Shown here in pieces: positions 57,458 to 64,000 of a DNA stretch of 64,000 nucleotides (within the stretch, counting starts at the first letter, position 1; the number at the start of each line of letters is the position of its first letter). A model generated the notes under the pieces. It did no database searches. It had not been told where the DNA came from and was given only the letters and a program-made list of their open reading frames with translations. Source of the stretch: Thermoanaerobaculia bacterium (lineage in GTDB: Bacteria; Acidobacteriota; Thermoanaerobaculia; UBA5066); the NCBI GenBank assembly GCA_963816185.1, contig CAWFJJ010000028.1, forward strand, positions 256,001 through 320,000. Direction: 5' to 3'. The position numbers and the translations under genes are program-made.

Positions 57458-58136
57458 CGTGCTCGTCGTTGAGGAGATCCTTGCCCTTGCCTTCGAGCAC
57501 GATGCGCCCGTTGCCGAGCACGTACGCCCGGTCCGCGACCTGGAGCGTCTTGAAGACGTTCTGCTCGACGAGGAGGACCGTCACGCCCGCGTCGTGCACG
57601 TCCTTGATGACCTTGAAGATGTCGGCGACGAGGATCGGGGAGAGGCCGAGGGACGGCTCGTCCAGCATGAGGAGGCGCGGCTTCGACATGAGCCCGCGGG
57701 CGATCGCGGCCATCTGCTGCTCGCCGCCCGAGAGCGTGCCCGCATGCTGCTTCTCGCGCTCCTTGAGGCGCGGGAAGATCGTGAAGACTTTCTCCAGCAT
57801 CTCGGGCCGCGTCTTCTTCGCCTCGGGCGACAGCGCTCCGAGGAGCAGGTTCTCCTTCACGGTCATCTCCGGGAACAGCCGGCGCGCCTCGGGCACGTGC
57901 GCGATGCCGAGAGACACGAGCTCGTGGGGCGCCCGCGTGTGGATCGGGGCCCCCTCGTAGTAGACGCCGCCTTTTCGCGGCTTCAGGAGGCTCGAGATCG
58001 TCGCGAGCGTCGTGCTCTTGCCCGATCCGTTGGCGCCGATGAGAGCGACGATCTCGCCCTGTTTCACCTCGAAGGACACGTCCCAGAGGACCTGCACGTC
58101 GCCGTATGCGACGTCGATCCCCCGGACCTCAAGCAT
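57432..58136 (-). CDS. livF: ABC ATP-binding protein LivF-like
   Basis: GANGSGKS, LSGGEQQM, DEPSLGL. Confidence 0.9.
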   Translation of the reverse strand: MLEVRGIDVAYGDVQVLWDVSFEVKQGEIVALIGANGSGKSTTLATISSLLKPRKGGVYYEGAPIHTRAPHELVSLGIAHVPEARRLFPEMTVKENLLLGALSPEAKKTRPEMLEKVFTIFPRLKEREKQHAGTLSGGEQQMAAIARGLMSKPRLLMLDEPSLGLSPILVADIFKVIKDVHDAGVTVLLVEQNVFKTLQVADRAYVLGNGRIVLEGKGKDLLNDEHVKKAYLGI

Positions 58137-58848
58137 TCGCCACTCCCAGGTACGCGTCGATGACCTGCTGGTTGTCGGCCACCTCGCGCGGCGTGCCCTC
58201 GGCGATCTTCTCGCCGTAGTTGATGCAGACGATCCGGTGCGAGATTGCCATGATGACGCGCATGTTGTGCTCGATGACGAGGATCGTGATGCCGGTCTCG
58301 TGGATCTTCTTCACGATCGCGATCGTCTTCTCGACTTCCGACGGGTTCAGGCCGGCGAAGTTCTCGTCGAGGAGCAGGATGTCCGGCTTCGTCGCGAGGG
58401 CGCGGGCCATTTCGAGGCGCTTTCGCATCCCGAGCGGCAGGCTCCCGGCGATGCGGTCGCGCCACGCATCCATCTCCGTGAAGCCGATCGCTTCCAGAGC
58501 CATGGTGCGTGCTTCCTCGCGGCGGTCGGTGCGGCAGAACGCGGAGACCATGACGTTCTCGAGGACCGTCAGTCGGGCCAGCGGCTTGACGACCTGGAAG
58601 GTGCGTGCGAGTCCGCGCCGGCAGATGGTGTGCGGCCTCAAACCGTCGATCCTCTTTCCCTTGAAGAGGATCGTCCCGCCGGTCGGAGCGTAGTAGCCGT
58701 TGATCAGGTTGAAGATCGTCGTCTTTCCGGCGCCGTTCGGTCCGATGAGGCCGAGGATCTCGCCTCCCGCGATCGCGAAGCTCATGTGTCCGACGGCCTG
58801 AAGGCCGCCGAATCGCTTCGTCACGTCCTTCAGCTCCAGGAGGCTCAC
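58129..58848 (-). CDS. livG: ABC ATP-binding protein LivG-like
   Basis: FGGL, GPNGAGKT, ARTFQ. Confidence 0.88.
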   Translation of the reverse strand: MSLLELKDVTKRFGGLQAVGHMSFAIAGGEILGLIGPNGAGKTTIFNLINGYYAPTGGTILFKGKRIDGLRPHTICRRGLARTFQVVKPLARLTVLENVMVSAFCRTDRREEARTMALEAIGFTEMDAWRDRIAGSLPLGMRKRLEMARALATKPDILLLDENFAGLNPSEVEKTIAIVKKIHETGITILVIEHNMRVIMAISHRIVCINYGEKIAEGTPREVADNQQVIDAYLGVANA

Positions 58849-59795
58849 GTCGTTTCCGCGCCTGCCGGCTCGCGCCGGCGGCTTCTTCGCGCGACCCGCT
58901 CGTTCCAGGTCCCGACGATCCCGTTCGGAAAGAAGACGATGAGGATGATGATGAGAATGCCGAAGAAAACGAGATGTCCCGACTTCAGCCACACGCGGAA
59001 GATCTCGGAGACGAGGATGTAGAGAACCGCTCCGACGGCGGGTCCCGACGCGGTCGCGACGCCTCCCAGCATCGTGACGAGAATCATCATGATCGAGATG
59101 TCGTGGATCGAGAACACGATGCCGGGATCGATGAAGCCGAGATAATTCATGTAGAAGGCGCCCGCGACGCCCGTGAAGAAGGCGCTGATCAGAAGCGAGT
59201 AGAGCTTGTATCGCGTCGGATCGATTCCGAGCGACTCGGCGGCGTCCTGGTCCTCGCGGATCGCGAGGAAGTAATAGCCGAGCCTGCTCCGCATGACGTA
59301 ATGAATGACCGCGAAATTCAGGACGGCGATGGCGAGGATGATGTAGTAGTAGTAGGCCTTGGTGTTGAAGGCCGGGATCAGCAGGATCCCTTCGGCGCCG
59401 TTCGTGAGCTCCTTCCAGTTCACGGCGACGAGCCTCAGAACCTCCGCCAGAGCCAGGACCGACAGCGCGAAGTACGGGCCTCGGAGCCGGAAGCAGATCC
59501 AGCCGATCAGGGCCGCGGCGATCGCAGCCGTCAAGCCGCCCAGAAAGAGGCCTGCCCACGCGGTGGCGGGCGGCGCGCCTCCCTTGATCAGGATTCCCGC
59601 CGTGTACGCGCCGATTCCGAAGAACGCGGCATGCCCGAAAGAGACCTGCCCGGTGTACCCGCCGAGGAGATTCCAGCTCTGGCCGAGGACCACCCACATG
59701 AGGACCAGGATCAGCATGTGAAGGATGTAGGGATTTCGCGTCGCCAACGGGACGAGGAGGACCGCCGCGGCCCCGAGGATCCGGACCGCCTTCAC
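58845..59795 (-). CDS. livM: ABC permease LivM-like
   Basis: WNLLGGYTGQVSFGH; RLRGPYF. Confidence 0.88.
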   Translation of the reverse strand: MKAVRILGAAAVLLVPLATRNPYILHMLILVLMWVVLGQSWNLLGGYTGQVSFGHAAFFGIGAYTAGILIKGGAPPATAWAGLFLGGLTAAIAAALIGWICFRLRGPYFALSVLALAEVLRLVAVNWKELTNGAEGILLIPAFNTKAYYYYIILAIAVLNFAVIHYVMRSRLGYYFLAIREDQDAAESLGIDPTRYKLYSLLISAFFTGVAGAFYMNYLGFIDPGIVFSIHDISIMMILVTMLGGVATASGPAVGAVLYILVSEIFRVWLKSGHLVFFGILIIILIVFFPNGIVGTWNERVARRSRRREPAGAETT

Positions 59796-60715
59796 GCGCG
59801 CCCCTTTCCGAGCAGGCCCTTCGGAAGGAAGATCAGAACGAGGACGAAGATGATGAAGCCGAACGCGTCCTTGTACCCGAGGCTGATGTAGACCGAGCCG
59901 AGCGACTCGGCGAGCCCGAGAACCACGCCGCCGAGGACGGCTCCCGGGATGTTTCCCATCCCGCCGAGGACCGTGATGATGAAAGCTTTCAGCGTGAACG
60001 GGCCGCCGATCTGCGGGAACAGGTAGTACACGGGGACGAGCAGGGCGCCAGCCGCGCCGACGAGCGCGGATCCCAGCCCGAACGTGACGTAGGTCATCCG
60101 CTTCGTGTTGACACCCATCAGGGCGGCGGCACGCTTGTCCTGGGCCGTCGCCCGGATCATCCGGCCGAGGTCCGTCCGCCCGAGGAACAGGAACAGCGCC
60201 GAGCCGAGAGCGAGGGCGATGCCGAACGCCACGAACATCGGCACGCTGAAGGACAGAGAGATCGTCTGCCCGCCCAGCTTCAGGTCCCAGTAGATCGTCT
60301 TGTCCGCATAGGACACGGGGACCGACCGGTAGTTCGCGCTGAAGAAGAGGAGAGCGAGGTTGGACAGGACCATGCCGATGCCGACCGTCAGCAGCACCTG
60401 GTTCTCCGGAAGGATGGAGTCGACCTCCATGACGGGGGCGACGAGGTACTTCTGCAGGAGAGCGCCGAGGAAGAACAGGGCCGGGAAGACGATCAGGATC
60501 GAGACGTACGGATCCAGCTTCAGCAGCGTGAACGCCCAGAAGGTGATGTACATCCCGACCATCATCAGCTCGCCGTGGGCGAGGTTGATGATCTTCATCA
60601 CGCCCATGATCAGGGACATTCCGAGCCCGATCAGGGCGTAGAGCCCTCCCAGGAGAACTCCCGAGATCAACACCTGCAGGAGGAGCTCTATTTGCCCGGC
60701 GACCTGAGGCGACAT
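59792..60715 (-). CDS. livH: ABC permease LivH-like
   Basis: GMSLIMGVMKIINLAHG; VLGGMG. Confidence 0.88.
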   Translation of the reverse strand: MSPQVAGQIELLLQVLISGVLLGGLYALIGLGMSLIMGVMKIINLAHGELMMVGMYITFWAFTLLKLDPYVSILIVFPALFFLGALLQKYLVAPVMEVDSILPENQVLLTVGIGMVLSNLALLFFSANYRSVPVSYADKTIYWDLKLGGQTISLSFSVPMFVAFGIALALGSALFLFLGRTDLGRMIRATAQDKRAAALMGVNTKRMTYVTFGLGSALVGAAGALLVPVYYLFPQIGGPFTLKAFIITVLGGMGNIPGAVLGGVVLGLAESLGSVYISLGYKDAFGFIIFVLVLIFLPKGLLGKGRA

Positions 60716-60724
60716 CGAGGGCTT

Positions 60725-61927
60725 CTATTTCCGATCGCGCCAGTGAGGAACGGGGAAGACGAACTTCGCGGAGGCGCCCTCTTTCGGCCAGATCGTCTCG
60801 AACTTCCTGTGGATGACCTGGAGGAGGAGCGTATCCATCTTGTTCTGGTTCGTGAACTTGTCCCAGGAGACGAACTTCACCGGGCCGAACGCGGTCGTGA
60901 TGTTCGTCGCGGCCAGCGCGGCGCGCAGGTCGTCGGGGGTCCAGGACTTCGCCCGCTTCAGCGTGTCGGCGAGGACGTAGGCGGCGGCATACGCTTCCGC
61001 GCCGTGGTAGTCAGGCTCCTTCCCGAACTTCTTCTTGAAGTTGTCGAAGAACTCCTTCGCGCCCGGGTACTTCGCCTGGGGAGTCCAAAGCGTGCCCGAC
61101 ATGACGTCTTCGGACGCATCCCCCGCGTTCTGCAGGAACTCGGGGAGCGTGAAGCCGGCCGCGCCGCCGATGAAGGCCTGCGGGTTGATGTCGAGCTCCT
61201 TGGACTGCCGCATGAGGAGCGAGGCGTCCATCAGGTACGAAACCATGTAGATGATGTCGGGCCGGAGGGACTTGACCTTCTGGAGGATCGGCTTGAAGTC
61301 CACGGCGCCGGCCTGGTAGCCCTCGTAGAGGAGGACCTTGATCCCTTTGGCGTCGGCGTACTCCTTCATCGCCTTCGAGGTGGAGGTCCCGAAATCGGTG
61401 TTCTCGTACAGGAGGGCGATGCTCTTGGGCTTGGCCACCTGCTCGAAGAAGCTGAAGATCCCCATGTTGTAAAGGCTCGACGGCGGGTTGAGGCGATAGA
61501 CGTACTTCCAGCCCTGCTGCGTGATCTTGTCTGCGGCGCCCGTCACGACGAGGTAGGGCACCTTGTACTTCTCGGCGATTCCCGCCACGGCGTAGCTGCA
61601 CTGGCTCGAGTACTCACCGACGACGATCGGGTACTTGTCGATCGTGATGAACTTCTCGACGATCGCGGTGGCCGTCTCGGGCTTTCCGCCCGAGTCCTGG
61701 ATGTCGAGGGCCAGCTTCGTGCCCTTCGCGCCGGCCTTCGCGTTGATCTCGTCCACGGCCATCTCGTAGGCCTGCTTCTCCATCTCGCCGAACTTGGCTT
61801 CCGCGCCCGTCAGCGGCAGGGGCACGCCGACCTTGAAGGTCTTGCCCTGGGCGAGCAGGGGAGAGGCGCTCAGTCCCGCGACGAGGAGCGCGAGCGTCCC
61901 GAGTTGCATGGAGCGTTTCGTCATCAT
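60725..61927 (-). CDS. LivK-type ABC substrate-binding protein
   Basis: Signal peptide; PLTG; first gene of the liv operon. Confidence 0.88.
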   Translation of the reverse strand: MMTKRSMQLGTLALLVAGLSASPLLAQGKTFKVGVPLPLTGAEAKFGEMEKQAYEMAVDEINAKAGAKGTKLALDIQDSGGKPETATAIVEKFITIDKYPIVVGEYSSQCSYAVAGIAEKYKVPYLVVTGAADKITQQGWKYVYRLNPPSSLYNMGIFSFFEQVAKPKSIALLYENTDFGTSTSKAMKEYADAKGIKVLLYEGYQAGAVDFKPILQKVKSLRPDIIYMVSYLMDASLLMRQSKELDINPQAFIGGAAGFTLPEFLQNAGDASEDVMSGTLWTPQAKYPGAKEFFDNFKKKFGKEPDYHGAEAYAAAYVLADTLKRAKSWTPDDLRAALAATNITTAFGPVKFVSWDKFTNQNKMDTLLLQVIHRKFETIWPKEGASAKFVFPVPHWRDRK

Positions 61928-62029
61928 CCACCTCCATTAGTCAGTTTCGTACGTGTGGGCATCTTTGGCCGGTGGGACGTGACTCTTGCGATGATTCGGA
62001 TGAACTAATCTCGGGTGGAGGTGGCTTTC

Positions 62030-62839
62030 ATGCTGTCCGACAAGCGTATCGCGATCATCGGATCCGGGACCATGGGACGGACCATCGCCTCCGGACTGCT
62101 GAAGTCCGGGAAAGTGAAACCCTCCCAGGTGCGCGCGACGGCGCGGACGAGGGCGAGCGCCGAGAAGCTCGCAATGGAGCTCTCCGTCGACTGCACGACC
62201 GTGAATGCCGAGGCCGTCGAGGGGGCCGATCTCGTGATCCTCTGCGTCAAGCCGAAGGACGTCGCGAAGGCCGCCGACAGCCTCCGCGGCCGCGGGAGCC
62301 ACGCGCTTGTTCTCTCGATCGCGGCCGGGATCAGCACGGCTTTCCTGGAAGGGCTGTTCGAGGCCGGAACGCCCGTGCTCCGGGCCATGCCGAACACGCC
62401 GTGCCTCATCGGAAAAGGCATGACGGTCCTCGCGAAAGGGAGTCATGCCACCGACGACCACATCGCGCTCGCCACGGAAGTCTTCGCGCCCCTGGGCCGC
62501 GTGCTGGAGCTGGAGGAGAAGCACATGGACACCGTGACGGGCCTCTCGGCGAGCGGCCCGGCCTTCATCTACATCATCATCGAAGCGCTCGCGGACGGCG
62601 GCGTCATGCGCGGGCTGCCGCGGAACGTCGCGACGACCCTCGTCGCCCAGATGACGCTCGGCGCGGCGGAGATGGTTCTGACGACGGGCCGTCATCCCGC
62701 GGCGCTCAAGGACGACGTCACGACTCCGGCCGGGTGCACGATCGCCGGCATCCTCGCGCTCGAAGACGGGCGCATCCGGTCGGTCCTCGCGCGCGGCGTC
62801 GAGACCGCGGCGCGGGTCGCCGGGGAGCTTGGAAAGTAG
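62030..62839 (+). CDS. proC: Pyrroline-5-carboxylate reductase
   Basis: GSGTMG, SIAAG, RAMPNTP, SASGPA, VTTPAGCT. Confidence 0.95.
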   Translation: MLSDKRIAIIGSGTMGRTIASGLLKSGKVKPSQVRATARTRASAEKLAMELSVDCTTVNAEAVEGADLVILCVKPKDVAKAADSLRGRGSHALVLSIAAGISTAFLEGLFEAGTPVLRAMPNTPCLIGKGMTVLAKGSHATDDHIALATEVFAPLGRVLELEEKHMDTVTGLSASGPAFIYIIIEALADGGVMRGLPRNVATTLVAQMTLGAAEMVLTTGRHPAALKDDVTTPAGCTIAGILALEDGRIRSVLARGVETAARVAGELGK

Positions 62840-62842
62840 GAC

Positions 62843-63490
62843 CTAGTCCGTCTCGACGGCGACGCCGCTCCAGACCTTCAGGAGCTCGGCCCGGAGGACC
62901 TCGGGAACGGGGCCCTCGACGCGCATGACGAGCTCGCGCTTCCCCGGCGGGACCTTCGAGGTCGACGACAAGATCGAGAAGATCGTTCCGCCCTGCGCGC
63001 GGATCGCATCGGCGACCTCGCGGATGCTGCCCGCCCGGTCGGGGATCACGAGGTTCACGCGCGTGCGCTTCTTCGAGGCGCCCGTGATGTCGACGAGCGC
63101 GCGAAACACGTCGCCCTCGGTCAGGATTCCGACGAGGTTTCCCTTGCCGTCGAGCACGGGCAGGCCCTCCACTCGTTTCTCGAGCATGAGCCCCGCGGCG
63201 TTTTCGATGGGGGTCTCGGGTGCGACGGTCCAGGGCTTCTTCGTCATGATGTCGGCGATCTTCAGCTTGTCGAGCACCGCATGAAGCTCCCAGATGTCGA
63301 GCGTCGTCGCCCGCGAGGGCGAGACGTCCTTCAGGTCACGGTCGGAGACGATCCCCACGAGCTTTCCGTTCCCGTTCACGATCGGGATGCGGCGGATGCG
63401 TTTCTCCTTCATGAGGTGGATCGCGGTCGAGATCGAGTCGGTCGGCTGGAGGGTGAAGACCTTCGGGGACATCCACTTCGAGACGCGCAT
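62843..63490 (-). CDS. CBS-pair plus ACT domain protein (AcuB-like)
   Basis: LVGIVSDRDL, LVGILTEGD, DRAG. Confidence 0.85.
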   Translation of the reverse strand: MRVSKWMSPKVFTLQPTDSISTAIHLMKEKRIRRIPIVNGNGKLVGIVSDRDLKDVSPSRATTLDIWELHAVLDKLKIADIMTKKPWTVAPETPIENAAGLMLEKRVEGLPVLDGKGNLVGILTEGDVFRALVDITGASKKRTRVNLVIPDRAGSIREVADAIRAQGGTIFSILSSTSKVPPGKRELVMRVEGPVPEVLRAELLKVWSGVAVETD

Positions 63491-63564
63491 GGCGAACCTC
63501 CGTCGGCTCGTGAATTCAACCGGGAACGCGCGCACCGAGCGATGATTCCCCTGAATCAGGCGCC

Positions 63565-64000
63565 TTACCCGGTCACGTGTCCCGGCTCGGCTCCGGCGCG
63601 CCGGACGCCGAGTCCGAGCGCAGGCTCGACCTCTTCGGCGGGAGCAGGCCGGCCGAAGAGGAAGCCCTGGACGTCCGGGCAGCCCAGCGCGGCGAGGAGC
63701 GTGGCCTGCTCTTCCGTCTCGACGCCCTCGGCCGTCACGTCGAGGCCGAGGTTGGCCGCGATCGAGATGATCGTCGCCACGATGGCCTTGTCTTTGTCGT
63801 CATGGGTCATCCCGGCCACGAAGGACTGGTCGATCTTCAAGCGCCGGATGGGAAAGTGCTTGAGGTAGTTCAGCGAGGAGTGGCCGGTTCCGAAGTCGTC
63901 CATCGAAATCTGGACGCCGAATTCGGTCAGTTCGGTGAGGATCCGGCCCGTGTGCGTCAGGTCCTGCATGGCGATGCTCTCCGTGATCTCGAGCTCCAGC
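63565..64000 (-). CDS. EAL-domain phosphodiesterase, C-terminal part (runs off the window)
   Basis: ELEITES, DDFGTG, LKID, AEGVE, QGFLF. Confidence 0.92.
   Translation of the reverse strand, partial: LELEITESIAMQDLTHTGRILTELTEFGVQISMDDFGTGHSSLNYLKHFPIRRLKIDQSFVAGMTHDDKDKAIVATIISIAANLGLDVTAEGVETEEQATLLAALGCPDVQGFLFGRPAPAEEVEPALGLGVRRAGAEPGHVTG

Overview
High-GC bacterial DNA; the gene content resembles Acidobacteriota (Thermoanaerobaculia-like), which is an inference. Housekeeping and metabolic genes fill 0.2-9.8 kb and 24-64 kb: M3 peptidase, three Liv-type ABC systems, a ClC channel, a pgm/zwf/xfp/P-type H+-ATPase cluster, a group 3b NiFe hydrogenase, an IorAB-like molybdoenzyme and proC. 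Many genes at 30.5-43.2 kb and 49.7-54.7 kb carry dense frameshifts that are probably long-read errors. An accessory island at about 10.1-24.0 kb holds a tRNA-Gly 3' scar, two inverted IS3-family copies, a serine resolvase, a Ser/Thr kinase-TPR gene and an integrase-less integron remnant. Its main feature is mostly below the ORF-track cutoff: two arrays, each behind a predicted sigma-54 promoter, with ten tiny genes in total. They share a Lys-rich leader ending in V(R/K)GG and carry variable 9-20 aa tails. Seven of the nine intact tails resemble different conserved motifs of the T6SS tube protein Hcp, judged by eye from memory of the family. Five genes follow a conserved 42-nt stem-loop element and two follow degenerate copies.
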